Made by a program: the position numbers and the translations under genes. A DNA stretch of 64,000 bases from Felis catus. Its lineage: Eukaryota. Below, in pieces: positions 24,936-39,331 of this stretch; position 1 is the first letter of the stretch; every line of letters starts with the position of its first letter. Location: contig NC_058368.1 of NCBI RefSeq assembly GCF_018350175.1, forward strand, positions 194,496,001 through 194,560,000. The letters run 5' to 3'. Under the pieces are notes generated by a model. It searched no databases, was not told the DNA's origin, and saw only the letters and a list, made by a program, of their open reading frames with translations.

Positions 24936-26256
24936 ATATATAAAGATTCAAGAAATGTGAGAGGGTGGATATCCTAGACACCAGGAGAAGGGTTTCATGA
25001 AGGAGAGACTGGCTACCGTTAATGGTGAATAAGAAGTTCAGAGAAGTGTCCATTAGTTTTGGCAACACGATGACCATAGACAGGAATGGTTTGAGAAGCA
25101 GCAATGGTAAAAGCCAGACTGGAGTGGATGAAGACAAAGTGGGAGATAAGGACCCAGATCCAGTGAATGAAAGTAGACCAATCTTTCAAAATTTACAGTG
25201 AAGAAGAGAGAAATATGATGATAGAAGAATAGAAACTGCACAGTTAGAGGGTAATGTAAAATGTGAGAAACTAGAGTATATTTATATGCAATGGGAATGA
25301 TTTCGTTAAAAGGAAGAAATTGTAATGCAGGGGATGGGGGAACTACCAAAGGTAAATGCTTGAGGAAGTTACAGAAGCGGGGAGACAAGAGACTTGGCCC
25401 TTTACAGAGGGAGCGAAAAGATACAAGATAGAGAATTGGGGTCCAAAGAAAGATGTGTTCTGGATTTGATAACGTGTATATGAGAGTTCCCTCTGCTTCT
25501 GTTTTTGAGGCAAAGTTATCAGATAAGAGTGAGGGTACAAGTGTGGTAATACTTCTGAGTGGGTGAAAGACATCTGAGAGAGTTGTCTCAGAGAGGAGAA
25601 AACAAAGTCACCAGGATGTGAATTCTAGGCAACGTGAGTGCCCCTTTGAGGTTTGTGGTCTTGAATTTAAACTGCAGTGGATTAATCACTATACTGTATG
25701 TGTCTTTTCCACTTAGGTGCAGATGTTCATCTGTTTAGATACAGATACAGATAAGGTAAATAATTAGATTCAATCTGCATTGGGTTTAGCCAGGCAAACA
25801 CATTACAAGGTTGGTAAGGCAAGGTTATTGAGGGCTTTTACAAGGGAATGATCACCATGATGGACAAGTAAATGTGAACTGGGTAAAGAGACAACTAACA
25901 TAAGAGGGACATTGTCAGCGATGCAAAATGGTGACATCAAATGTATTAGAGACATAGGTGGTGTCTAAATATTGTCGGGAGAACTAGATGAGAAATCAAG
26001 TCAGAAGCACAAAGGTTTGTGATTAGAGAGAAAGATATTTGAAATGACAATTTCAGAGGTGATACAATTACTAATGATAACAAGGTCTAGGATGAGGTGG
26101 GCTGGAAGATAAGAACAGTTGTGGAGATCAAGGTGACCAATGGATTATCCTCTTAGACATTAAAGTCATCAGATATTCTGATAGGCACACAGCTTCTGCA
26201 AATTCATACCAGTGAATTTAAACGTGGAAGGCTCTTATTCTATGAAGATCATTACT

Positions 26257-26455
26257 GGGGCACCTGGGTGGCTCAGTTGGTTAAGCATCTGACTTCGGCT
26301 CAGATCATGATCTCACAGTTCATGAGTTCGAGCCCCACATTGGGCACAGAACTCACCTGAAATCCTCTGTCCCCCCTTCTCTCTTCCCTTCCCTCACTCA
26401 TGTGTGCTCCCTCTCAAAAATAAATAAATATTTAAAATATTTTTTATAAAAAAAT
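26257..26455 (+). mobile_element. CanSINE
   Basis: ggggcacctgggtggctcagttggttaagc head, A-rich tail. Confidence 0.9.
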
Positions 26456-26626
26456 TTATTAAATGACAAAATCTTGGATTGCAGATATTATCAAAATCTG
26501 AAAAAAGTTGCCCCAAACATTATTGAAATCTATGAGCATGGCACTCTGTGGAACTGTTACTATACAATTTGTGTAGCTGTATGCAACAGCCCTATAGACA
26601 TACTTAGTCTGACCAATGGTCTAGTC

Positions 26627-26868
26627 CACTTGTTCTCAACTGGGAGATTTTTTTCCCTTTTTTGTCCAGGAGGCAATTGACAATGCTTGGAGACATTTTC
26701 ATTGTCATAACTTGAGGTGGGAGGGTGGAGAGAGGAAGAATGGCTACTGGAATCTAGTGAGTAGAAGTCAAGAAGTGTTAAACATCCTACAGACAGGATA
26801 GCTCTCTAAAATATAGAATCATCTGGCCCCAATTGTCAATACATACTTCCAAAGTTGAGAAACCACGG
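26627..26868 (+). mobile_element. MER20-like MITE
   Basis: tgttctcaactggg...ggagacattttcattgtca...gttgagaaacc. Confidence 0.75.
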
Positions 26869-27729
26869 TCTAGTCCTAGAAGTTATTTTGGGGCATTACC
26901 TGTATTTTCCTCCTACTAGGCAGATAAATACATTACTCAGATAAATATAAAGACCACAGTAATTTTTTATTATTATTATTACAGCATGTAATAATAATGT
27001 GCAGGCTCTGATCAAGTGGCCCGTGCCTTGATCTCTCCCACTCCCACCTACATTTCTGATGCAACTTGTTTTCATTCCAGGCTGGAGATAGAAAAAGCAT
27101 CTGTAATCACTAAGTCATTCAATTAATTACCTGATGCATAAAATTAAGGTACTTAAAAAGGAAGAATTAGGTCAATCCTTCTCAATTGGCTACACTCTAG
27201 TTATCCTATAAGCTGTTAGTCTAATTGTGGAGCCTCCATGGACTCTGAGAAATGCCCCAGAGGTATTTCTTGTCTTCTCTCAGACATTTGCAATTTGCCA
27301 AAGGGCTTGCAGTGGGAGTTCTATGTTAAGTATCCAATACCTGGGGGGCAAGTTCTGAATAATGTGCTACTTGTCCTAAGAACTTTACTTGAAGTTTTGT
27401 GCCACAGTAGGTATTTATTTCAGAGACCAGTTACTATCCCCAGCTTTACCACTAAATTCGTAGTTATCCTGGAGAGGTCACTTTCCTTCTCTGGATTCAA
27501 TTCACTGCCTGAAGCTTAAAGAAAAGGGGGAAATTAGGCCCTGTCCAAAGCAGAGTATTAAGAATCTCAGATTCATTTTTATGGGTGCTAAGGGATTTAA
27601 CAGTGAAACTAATCGGTCCAATATGGTCTATGGTCCTCCGGGACACAATCACCAGTAAGGAAAAGAGAGTTACTAAACACAGAACGATAAAATGTGATGA
27701 TTGCATATAGCAGAAGGGCATATTGTCAG

Positions 27730-27900
27730 AGTCTTGCTACTCAGAGTATCATTCTTGGACTAGCTTTATCAGCTTCATCTGAGAACTTGTTAGAAAGGCA
27801 AGAACACAGATTCCCACCCCAGACGTACTGAATCAGAATCTGCATTATAACAAGATCCCCCAAGTGAACCATACGTGCATTAAAGTTTGAAAAGCATTGT
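27730..27900. mobile_element. MER5A-like MITE
   Basis: tactgaatcagaatctgcattataacaagatcccc...aaagtttgaaaagcattg. Confidence 0.75.
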
Positions 27901-28535
27901 CTATGGGTCAGGAGGATCTCTCTGCACTTTTAATAAGCAGGAGGTAGGAATAAAGCTGAAAAGATTGGCTAGGTCCAGGTTAAGCGGTTTGGGCCTCCCT
28001 CTGTAGACATTTGTAGACAAGATAAAGCATTTAAGTGGGGGAAATACATAATCAAAGCTGAGACGTATGAAGATTCAGTTATTTATATGTAGAACAGATT
28101 GTTTAAACTAGAAAAAGGTAGATAGTTACTTAGCTATTCCAAAGGTGCAGGAAATTGTATCATGACAACAAAATGAAGAGAAAGTAATGAACAAAACCTA
28201 ATGCTATTTTTGTATTTCAATGGCATGTTTACAAAACCACAAGATTTTTTTTATGATTTTAGGGTTTGTTTACAGTCTCTGAGAGCCTTAAAATCAGCAG
28301 TGTACTCTTAAGTCTCTTTCCAAAGGGCTAAGAGTGAGAAGTTTAAATGGCAATAATATGTAAAATAATATATACATTTCATATCTATAAGTAAAACCGG
28401 TCATCAGCCACTTACAGACATGGATATTTTATCATCCATGGGTTTCTCTCCATTGCCAAGATGATCAAGTTAAAATAAGTAAATAAACCCAAGAATTGGG
28501 CAACATGAATAAATAAATTAAAAACATATAGGTAA

Positions 28536-29330
28536 GTCACTTCTGCTTTCTGGAAGAGGGTGTCTCCCCACACCAACAAGCAGTTCTCAAAGTCAGAATT
28601 CAATTCAATTTACCCAAAAATATTATCAGATCCCATAGGTTGAATCCCATAAGACTGTCCTCCTACAGATGCTTTTGATGCCAGTCAGAAGCCCAGCTTG
28701 TTACCTGTACTTCTGACTGACTGGCTATAGATCAGTTTCCCAAGACCTCCTTCTCAGGTTCAATTAATTTGCTAGAGCAGAAACACCTTACTTACTAGAT
28801 TACCAGTTTATTATAAAAGGGTATAACTCAGAAAAAATCAAGATGGAAGAGATTCATAGGGCAAAATGTGAGAAAAGGGCAGGGAGCTTCCATGCTGTCC
28901 CCAGGCATGCCACTCTCCAAGCACCTACATGCATTTACCAACCCCAAAACATCTTGTCCTTTTTAGGTTTTATGCAGGCTTCATTACATAGGCATGGTTG
29001 ATGAAGTCATTGGCCACTGGCAAATGAACTCAATCCCCAGACCCTCCAGCCTCCCACAGGTGGGGGGCAAAGGGACTGAAAGTTCCAACCCTCTAATCAT
29101 GAGGCTGGCTCTCCCATCAGCCAGGCCCCCATTTTTAGGTTAGTTGAGTGCTTTCCAAAAGTCACCTGATTACCTTAACAAAGACACCTCGCAGCTCTCA
29201 TCATAGGAAATCCCAAGGGTTTTAGGATCTGTGAGCCAGGAACGATGGACAAAAACCAAATATGTATGAGAAATATATTCTGGTCATCTCACTGGCCAAA
29301 TATGTATTTCTTAAAAATTACAGTATTGCA
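28536..29330 (-). mobile_element. MER21-like solo LTR
   Basis: tcagatcccataggttga...aagactgtcc; aattaatttgctagagc; aagggttttaggatctgtgagccaggaac. Confidence 0.75.
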
Positions 29331-29507
29331 CCTATGATGACACCAAGAGCTATCCAGGCATGTGGACACCATGATGAGTTAAAGCAGATGTTGTTGCCCC
29401 CACAGAGCTCTTCCACCTTATGATCCTTGTGGGTAGATAAACCTTAAGCTACCAGAAAGATGCCCTGAATATTTCAAAACTTAAGTTGGAAATCTTGGAA
29501 GATAAGG

Positions 29508-29967
29508 TGCATTTCCTGTGACTGCTGTCACAAATCGGTACAAATTTGGTGGTTTAAACCAACAGACATTTATTCTCTCACAGTCGTAGAAGCAAGGGTT
29601 CAAAGTCAAGGTGTCAGCAGAGCCAGGCTCCCTCCTAAGCCTCTACAAAAGAATCCTTCCTGGCCTCTTACAGCTTCTGTTGGCTCCAGACATTCATTGA
29701 CTTGTGCCAATAAAACTCTAACCTCTGCCTTTATCTTCACATGGCCTTCTCCTCTTTTCCCAGTGCCTTCTCCTTTTCTATCTCTTATAACGACACGGCC
29801 CATTGAATTTAGGGATAATTCAATGGATAATCCAGGGTGATCCCATCTTGAGCTCTTTAACTTAATTACATTTGCAAAGACCCTTTTTCCAAGTAATGTC
29901 ACATTCATAGGTACCAAGTCTTTAGATTTGGACATACCTTTTTTGAGTGCTACCATTCAACTGCTAT
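29508..29967 (-). mobile_element. MLT1 (MaLR) solo LTR, MLT1C-like
   Basis: tttcctgtgactgctgtcacaaa...taacttaattacatttgcaaagaccctttttccaagtaa. Confidence 0.85.
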
Positions 29968-31114
29968 AGAACACTCTCTCGCTCAGAATATGATTAGGTA
30001 CTGTTAATCCAGTTATATAAATAAAGCTACAAGTCCGCCAACAGAACCGACCATTGGTACTGCCCCCAAGTCGCTCCCAAAACATAATGTAAAAAGACAT
30101 AAACCAAGCAGAGAGCTGGGGTATTAAAGAGGCACACACTTTGTCATTTCTGTAAACCATCTAGCCCATGAACCTTGACGATCATGTCAGTGATCTTTCA
30201 GATGGAGCTTTTGAAGAGAATCAATACTTAACTGAGGGGCCAATAATTTAACCCTCTTAGGGAAAGCCTTTCAGATTCGCTTATTAGTACACCTCTGTTT
30301 CAGTAAACAGAGGAACAAAACTTAGCCCGTGAGCCTGAGGAGAGTGAGAAGAGTCAGGGAATGAATTTTAAAGCTAGTAAAGGCTCTATGAGATTGGTGG
30401 GCTTCAGATCTACTTTAGTATTTTCAATACACTGACATAGTTATCAACGAGTATGTCCCCAATCCCACCCTGTTTATTGAATGAGTATCAACAGACTTTA
30501 TTTTTTATTTTTTTTCCAATAGACTTTAAAAGCATGGGATAATAAGATTTATGTTATTATCCCCAATACTAAATTGTACAATTTTAAATAATCAGAATAA
30601 GAAAAAAATATTCTATGTAATATATGTAATCACTATTATTTGAGAGAATAAGTTGACTGAAAACCCATTCATGTAGCATGAAGCACTGAAATCTTTCAAG
30701 ACAGAGAATATCTAATATTATGCTTCTCTGAGTTTTTATCCTAACTACAAAATTATCTGAAGATAGAGATGTATGTCATGTATGTATATGACCAAAATAT
30801 ACTTATAGCCACAAAACAAAAAACAGGTTTCTAGCCCAGGCCTTGATCCTAATAAAATTATTAACCTAGTCTAGAGCAAGATACTTTCTCCTCTGTGAGC
30901 TTCAGTTTTTGCTTATGTCAAAAGAAGGAAATTATCTCTGAGATCATGCAATATAGGTCTGGGGGGGGGGCGGTGGGAGGGCAGGGGGAGAACACTGAAG
31001 TCAAGTAAGTTTGGGAAATGCTGCAAAGTGTATATTCTCCTTAGATATTCATAATGCACTTTAATATACTAATGGTTATGCAAAGCCCTGTAATAAAAAT
31101 ATACTTATGTAAGC

Positions 31115-33570
31115 TATTTTGTAGATATCAAGAAACTAATTCTAAAGTTTACACAGACAGGCAACAGACCTAGAGTAGCCAACATAATACCATACCAAAG
31201 AACAAAAGCTTCAAGACACAATACCTTATTTCAAGACTCATTATAAACTATAGTAATCAAGATGGTGTGCTATTTGTAAAAGAACAGAAACACAGATGCA
31301 TGCAACAGAATAGGGTTCTTAGAAATAAACCCAAACAAACATTCTCAACTGATTTATGACAAAGACACAAAGGCAATTCAATGGAGAATGGATAGTCTTT
31401 TCAACAAACGATGCTGGAACAATTGGACATCTATATGCAAAAAAATAAACCAACACAGAGCCCTTACAACTTTATATCTCCCACAAGAATTAACTCAAAA
31501 TGGATCATAGAAATGTAAAAGAAAAACTATAAAATTTCTAGAAGAAAAAATAAGGGACTTTGAGTCTGGTGATGAGTTTTTAGATACAATACAAAGAGTA
31601 TGATCTAGAAAAGAGAAAAATTGATAAGTTGGATTTTATTAAAATTAAAACCTTTGATCCATGAAAGCCATTGTTAAGGCAATGAAAAGAGAAGCTACAG
31701 ACTAGGAGAGTATATTTGTAAAGGATTTGCATTCAAAACACATACAAAAATTTACAACCCATATATGAAAAACAAACAACCTAATTTAAAAATGAGCAAA
31801 ATGTGTAAATGTACACTTCACCAAAGAAGATATAGAATGTCAAGAAAAGATTTTTAACATCACTTGTCATTAAGGAAATCCAAATTAAAACAAGGAGCTA
31901 CTACCATGCACAATTAAAATGGCTGAAATGAAAATTAACAATTAGATAATACCAATTGCTAACAAGGATTTAAAGCAATGAGAACTCTCATTGATTGCTG
32001 GTAAAAAAGCAAAATGCTACAAATACTTCAGAAAACAGTATGGCCATTTTTTGTAACACTAAACATAATCTTACCACACAATCAAGCAATCACACTCCTA
32101 GGTACACAACTGATTAGAAAACTCATGTCCATATAAAAACTTGTAAACAAATGTTTAGAGAAGCTTTGTTAATAATCTCTAAAAACCAGAAGCAACCAAA
32201 ATGTCCTTTAATAAGCGAGTGGATAAACAAACTGTGATATGTCCAAACATGGAATACTATGCAGTGATAAAAAGGGTTGAGCTATTGAATCATGTAAAGA
32301 TATGAATGGATCTTAAATGCACATTGCTAAGTGAAAAAAGTCAGTCTGAAAAGACTACATACTGTATGACGTACATACAAGTGTTAACAAAGAAGGCCTA
32401 AGATTGCTATCCTTAGAAAGGCCTGTTTCCAAGGTTGCTGCTTGGCTGGTGTTTCAGGACTTGGATTTCAGGGGGTTTCCCACCATTCCAAAAATTCATA
32501 AAAGTGAATCACTGTGAAACTGTTGTGCAAACAATGTGTTGTAAGCTGGACATCTTTCTTTGCATGAGTCCAGGTCTTTGGTACATGCTATACAGAGTAT
32601 ACCTATATGACCAATCTCTTTGAAAAACCCTGGGCACTGAGTCATTAATGAGCTTCCCTGGTAGACAATATTTTATGCATGCTGTCATGCTCATTGCTGA
32701 GGGAATTAAGCACACCCTGTGTGACTCCATTAGGAGAGAGCTCTTAGAGTTTGTGCCTTTATCCTGACTTTGCCCCATATGCCTTTCCTTTTGCCAGTTT
32801 TACTTTGTAGTCTCTCTTTTGTATTTTGTAATAAATCTTAGCTGTAAGTACTATACGCTAAGCCCTGTGAGTCCTCCTACTGAATCATCAAACTTGGGGA
32901 TGGCCCAGGAGATCCCAACATATATGACATTATGGAAAGGCAAAATCATAGAGTTGGTAAACACATAAGTTGTTTCTTTCCTGAAGTTTGAGGTAGAGGG
33001 TTAAAACAATGAATTTTTTTTTTAGGGCAGTGAAACTATTCTGTATTATACTGTAATGGTGGATATATAATGTATTTGTCAAAACCTATAAAATTTTATA
33101 GGACAAAGACTGAAAGTAACAAATGCAAATTTTAAAAAATGATTTAGATAATCAGGGAATCTCAGGATGGAAGGCATAATGTGGCCAAGGAATCTAACTG
33201 TGGTACAAATGTATGAAGCAATATCAGTCATGAGGATGAGATAAACCTACCTAACAATTAGTGCAGTCTGTAAGAGCAGAGGCAAAAGGAACTATATACA
33301 TATGCACTGTCCTCTACTCGATAGTTTTTTTCTCTTCCATGGGAAGTCAGCTCTGAAACTATTAAGCACATATACTGGAATTGAACAATTAAATAACTGA
33401 GTCACCAATGGTGGGAGCCTGGTTTTTCCTGGTTGAAATAAAAAATTACAGATAATCAAGGGCAGGAGGGTAAAATACCTGTGTATAATGAATTCAAGTT
33501 AGAGACATCAGTATAACCTTTATTCAGTTTAATATAGACACGGATGGTTAAATATATTGGTATTTATAGG

Positions 33571-33612
<42 letters not shown>

Positions 33613-34020
33613 CACATATACACATACATACACCAATTAGGATGCACACATGTATTTCCTTGCTCTATCAGCTGGAAGCTATGGCACCCTAGCTGCAAAA
33701 AGCACTTCTAGCATCTAGCACCCAGATCTTGGTTTCTAATATCATTAACCAAAAACAAACAACCCCCCCAAAAAAATACAAAAAATAAACGAACAAAGAG
33801 GAACCAGACCTCCTTGTAAAAATGACTGATTCTAGGACGGGGCAGAAAATCTCCAAGATGAGCCTGAAACATCTTACAGTGCCAGAAAGCAAGCAAGTGC
33901 TAAAAATAAATAAATACCCCCATACTGAAGGTATGTCAAAAGAACACAGAAGAGAATCGGAAAAGTTCCCAATGGCCAAAGATTGAATAATTTGAGCAAT
34001 AAAATAAAATTCTATTGCAC
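31115..34020 (+). mobile_element. Old L1MC/MD 3' portion (ORF2 C-terminus and long 3' UTR), interrupted by an LTR
   Basis: ctaattctaaagtttaca, ttttcaacaaacgatgctggaacaattggaca, and 3' UTR cacccagatcttggtttctaata...gagcctgaaacatctt. Confidence 0.85.
32370..32920 (+). mobile_element. MER68-like solo LTR inserted in the L1
   Basis: gctatccttagaaaggcctg...aaaaaccctgggcactgagtc...aataaa...cccaaca; L1 sequence resumes on both sides. Confidence 0.75.
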
Positions 34021-34539
34021 TATAACAATTATTAGAATTTTAATACCTGGATTCATGGTACATCTTTCCAAATGGCCATATGCAAGCTACTGTTTCCCAA
34101 AAGCAAAAGAATGAAGGTCACTCGAGCCCTTCCTTAGTTGTGTCTAGTTCACAGTGTCCTTGAAGATCCGTCTACAACTCCAACTCAGCTATCCTGATTT
34201 CAGGGTTTGTGCCTCTAGGATATACAGTTCAAGCATGACTTGATTCTATTGCAAAAATGTCTCTTATTTGAGAGAGCTATTTCAATTCATATCCTTACCT
34301 GACAGGTGAGCAGCATCTGGTTAACTTTCTATTTGGATCCAGTTTCATGATGCCTTGTACTCAGTGCCATGTGGGTTCAAGCCATGGTTCTTCTCCTGAC
34401 AAAGTGGGGAGCTTGGAAGCATCATTTTACCCAAGAGTTGGCATCTTCCCCCTGAGAAGGAGATCATTTTACTTATCATGTGTTTCTCCTGGAACATCAT
34501 CACAGTCAAATAAGGGGATGGATGGCAATAGCACTGAAC

Positions 34540-35170
34540 TACCAACATGTACCTACCTATGAAAGCAAAGAATGACTCCCTTAGATGCATCACTCTAGAC
34601 CAAGCATTTTTAAACACCATCATCCTCCTCATAAGGAGAACAACTGACTCCATATAAAAACTTACCCATATTTCAAGGCTCATGTCAAATACCATTTCTT
34701 CCATGAAGACTTCCCCAATTTTCAATTCAATACTCTCATAGTCTCAGTACTGTTGTATACTTCTAATCATTCCTTCCTTCACATTTAATTTTTCATGCAT
34801 CTTTCCTGTAGTGGTCATCTCATTCAAGAGATATCTGAATGGTATTCTTGACCTCTTTTCTCTCACTCCCCACACACATCCAAGAAATACTTAATACTAT
34901 AATTTCAGTTCCTTGGTATTTCATCCCCCTCTTCCCATTGCCCCTACTACTGCTTGCATTACTATCATTCATCACTTGGGTAACTGCAACGGAAATTTTA
35001 ACATACTCCCCAAGCTCTGGTCTTACCTCTGTTCCACTCAACTCCCCCATTGGGCTACCAGAACAATCTTTCTAAAATTTAAATACAATCATATCACTGT
35101 TAATAGCTTTCAGTAGTTCCCCATGCCCTCAGGATGAAATTCAAACTCCTCAGTATAGAATGGCCCTGCC
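34540..35170 (+). mobile_element. L2 fragments
   Basis: caggatgaaattcaaactcctcag...tggccctg; probably continues at ~36790-36960 after the L1 insertion. Confidence 0.55.
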
Positions 35171-35189
35171 ATTTTTTTTTGTTTGGTCA

Positions 35190-35889
35190 AAAAAAATTGT
35201 ATGGTAGTGCCACAGAAACAAATAGACCAATTAAACAGAATCACAAGCCTAGAAATAAACCCAAGAATATATGATCAACTAATATTTGACAAAGAAGCCA
35301 AGAATATTCAATGGGTAAAAGACAATCTCTACAATAAATGCTGCTGGAATAATTGGATATTCACATATAAAGGAATGAAACTGGATACTTACTTTACTCC
35401 ATTCACAAAAATTAATTAAAATGGATTAAAGATGTAAATATAAGACCTGAAACCATGAAAATCATAGAAGAAAACACAGGAACAAAGCCTCTTGACATGG
35501 TCTTGGTAATGAGTTTTCAGATATGACCCTAAAGCACAAACCAACAAAATCAAAAATAAAGAAGTGGGACTATGTCAAACTAAAAATGTCTGCTCAACAA
35601 AGGAAACCATAAACAAAGTGAAAAGATAACCTACAGAATAGGAAAAAAAATATTTGCAAACCATACATCTGATTAAGGGGTTTATTCCAAAACATATAAA
35701 GAATTCATACAACTCAATAGCAAAATATAAATAAATAATCCAATTAAAATGAGCAAATAACTGGAATAGATATTTCTCCAAAGAGTATATACAAAAGGCC
35801 AACAGGTATATAAAATGATGCTCAACATCACTAGTCACTAGATGCAAATTAAAACCACAATGAGATTCCCATACCTGTTAGAATGCCTA

Positions 35890-35926
<37 letters not shown>

Positions 35927-36778
35927 TAAGAGATAACACATGCTGGCATGGATTTGGAGAACAGGGAATCCTGTACACTGTTGGTGGGAATGAAATTTGT
36001 ACAGCCACTATGGAAAACAGTATAAAGGATCCTCAAAAAATGAAAAATAGAACTACCATATTATCCAGAAATTCCACTTCTGGGGATACATCCAAAAGTA
36101 TGAAAACACTAACTCAAAAAGGTATCTACACACCATGTTCATAGAAGTATCATTTATAATAGCCAAGACATGGAAACAACTTAAATGTCAATCGATGGAT
36201 GAATGGATGAAGAAGCTGTGGTATACATATCCAGTGGACTATTATCCAGCCATTTAAAAAAATGAGGAAATTCTAATATTGGTTACATTATATATGATTC
36301 TTGAAGGCATTATGCTAAGTGAAATAAGTCAGAGAAAGACAAACACTATATGATCTCACTTATATATGGAATCTAAAAAAAATTCATAGAAAAAGAAATC
36401 AGACTTGTGGTTACCACTGGCATGAGGTGGGGGGAGGGGGAATTGGAGGAAAGTCATCAAAGGATACAAACTTCAGTCATCAGATAAGTAAGTACTGAGG
36501 ATATAATGTACAATGTGGTGACTCTAGTCACACTGCTCTATGACATATAGGGAAGTTGTTAAGAGAGTAAATCATGAGTTCTCATCACAAGGAGAATTTT
36601 TTTTCCCTTTACTCTTTTTTCTCTTCTCTTTATTTTATCCATATGAGAAGATGGATGTTAGCTGAACTTATTGTGGTATTTATTTCATATAATTCATTTC
36701 ACAAATCAAGCCATCATACTATATTCCTTAAACTTATACAGTGATGTATGTCAATTATTTCTCAATAAAACTGGGGGA
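35190..36778 (+). mobile_element. 5'-truncated L1 (L1MA9/carnivore-type), ORF2 C-terminus and 3' UTR
   Basis: Translation IDQLNRITSLEINPRIYDQLIFDKEAKNIQW...; ends caattatttctcaataaaactggg; internal A31 at 35894-35924. Confidence 0.92.
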
Positions 36779-37193
36779 AAATTTTTCACCTAGGTGTCAT
36801 CTTCTCTAGAAAACTGTCTTTAACCTCCTTCAAAGACAAAATACATTTCTGATCTATATTTTATAGCACTGTGTATTATACTACACCTACAAAAACTAAG
36901 TGAATATCCTATACACATCTGATTATTTATTATTCCCCATCAGACTGTTCTCCTTAGGTAAAGGAATAATAGGTACACCATATTCCAGGGTTTTCCATCA
37001 CCTGTTTGGTTTTTGCTAGGAAAGACTGCTCTGAAATTAGTATTTTCCTTTTGAAGTACCTGGGCCCAGAGCCTAGTTTCCAGAGAATTCACCTAGTTTA
37101 CTATACTATGAATTAGTCTTCCCTTGGTTGTTGGTGACTTATGACAGATTAATTTCAGACATTAATCTGTTACTCACGGACTTTATGCTATAT

Positions 37194-38580
37194 TTATTAT
37201 TTTTTTTTAAATGAGCTGTCTTTCTTTTTTTTTTTCTTTTCAAATTTTTATTTAGATTCTGGTTAACACACAGTGCAATGTTGATTTCAGGAGTAGAATT
37301 CAGTGATTCATAACTTACATGCAACACCCAGTGCCCATCACAAAAAGTACCCTCCTTAGTACCTATCACCCATCTAGCCCATCTCCCACCCACCTCCCTT
37401 CACCAACCCTCAGTTTGTTCTCTAACTTTAAGAGTCTCTTATGGTTTGTTTCTTTCTCTCTTTTTTTTTCTTCTTTTTTCTCCCCTTCCCATACATTCAT
37501 CTGTTTTGTTTCTTAAATTCCACATATGAATGTAATCATTTGGTATTTGTCTTTCTCTGACTTATTTCACTTAGCATAATACATTTTAGCTCCATCCACA
37601 TTGTTGCAAATGGCAAGATTTCATTCTTTTTGATAGCTGGGTAATATTCCATTGTGTATATATATATACCACATCTTCTTCATCCATTCATCCATGGATG
37701 GACATCTGGGTTCTTTCCATAATTTGGCGGTTGATAATGCTGTTATAAACCTCAGGGTGCATGTGTCCCTTCAAATCAGTATTTTGTAGGGTAAACACCT
37801 AGTAGTGAAATTGCTGGATCACAGGGTAGTCCTGTTTTTAAATTTTTGAGGAACCTCCACACTGTTTTCCAGAATGGCTGCACCAGTTTGCACTCCCACC
37901 AACAGTGCAAGAGGGTTCCCATTTCTCCACATCCTCATCAATATCTATTGTTTCTTGTGTTGTTAATTTTAACCATTCTGACAGGTGTGAGGTAGTGTCT
38001 CATGGTGGTTTTGATTTGTCTTGTCTTTGGAAAAATGTTTACTCATGTACTCTGCCCATTTCTTCACTGGATTATTTGTATTTTGAGTGTTCAGTTTGTC
38101 AAATTTGGATACTAACCCTTTATCAGATATGTCACTTGCAAATATCTTCTCCCATTCCATAGGCTTCCTTTTAGTTTTGTTGATTGTTTCCTTCACTGTG
38201 CAGAGCTTTTTATTCTGATGAGGTCCCAATAGTTCATTTTCGCTTTTGTTTCCCTGGACTCTGGCAACCTGTTTAGTAAGAAGCTGCTCCAGCCGAGGTC
38301 AAAGAGGTTACTGCCTGTGTTCTCCTCTAGGATTTTGATGGTTTCCTGTCTCATACTTAGGTCTTTCAACCACTTTGAATTTATTTTTGTGTATGGTGTG
38401 AGAGAGTGGTCCAGTTTCATTCTTCTGCATCTTGCCTTCCAGTTCTCCCAGCACCATTTGTTGAAGAGTCTGTCTTTTTTTTCCATTGAATACTCTTTCC
38501 TGCGTTGTCAAAGATGAGTGGACGAAATAGTTGTGGGTCCTTTTTTGGGTTTTCTATTCTGTCCCATTGATCCTCGTGAA
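37194..38580 (-). mobile_element. 5'-truncated carnivore L1
   Basis: Minus ORFs [10 protein letters not shown]...[14 protein letters not shown] ggactttatgct(a/t)tat at 37178-37193 and 38581-38596. Confidence 0.95.
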
Positions 38581-39090
38581 GGACTTTATGCTTTATATCC
38601 AGTTGGATGATAAAATAATTTAATTGAGTGAAAGAATGTATTAGTTACAGTCACTAATTGGGTGTTTTCAACTCAAACTATCGTCTTAGCTAAATAGAAA
38701 ACTGTCCAATTTCGCAGAATCAAATCCGTAGCCACTTGGTCCAGCGCCTCCACACTCTTCTCAGAGAGCCAAGTAATGTCTGCTCATGCATGGGCTGAGT
38801 AGGTGGAAAACTAGCCAGTGTGAAATGAGGGGTAAGGAGAAAGCCTATGAGGGAGACCTCTCCAGTACCCCATCTAGAAAAATACTTTTCCCTTAGAGGA
38901 TTTGTATTCCAAATCTGCTGCCCATTTCTTTTGCTACAGCAAATTAAATTCCTGCAATTGTTTTAGAGCAAGGGTCAGCAAACTTTTTCTTAAAGGGCCA
39001 GATAAACAGTTTAAGTTTTGTTGGGCCAAGCAACAAAATGGAAGCAAGTATATAGGTACTGAGAGGACTATTTAAAATGTAAGCATTTAA

Positions 39091-39297
39091 TTTGTTTTAA
39101 TTGTTTTAATGCTTATTTATGTTTGAGAAACAGAGACAGAGGCTTGAGCAGGCGAAGGGCAGAGGGAGAGGGAGACACAGAATATGAAGCAGGCTCTGGG
39201 CTTGGAGCTATCAGCACAGAGCCTGATACAGGGCCCGAACTCACAAACCGTGAGATCATGACCAGAGCTAAAGTTAACTGAGCCAACCAGGCACCCC
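39091..39297 (-). mobile_element. CanSINE
   Basis: TSD aaaatgtaa(g/t)catttaa at 39074-39090 and 39299-39315. Confidence 0.9.
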
Positions 39298-39331
39298 AAA
39301 AATGTAATCATTTAAAAATGTAAAAATCCTT

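Larger units (their letters stand above)
24220..26180 (-). mobile_element. Long degraded L2
   Basis: tttaaagccatgtggtagatgagatca; ttggcaacacgatgacc...aagccagactggagtgg; purine-rich antisense L2 signature. Confidence 0.65.

Noticed and set aside
29606..29956. 116-aa minus-strand ORF
   Set aside because: Lies entirely within an MLT1 LTR.
34345..34725. 126-aa minus-strand ORF
   Set aside because: Overlaps L2-like sequence, no recognisable domain or exon structure.
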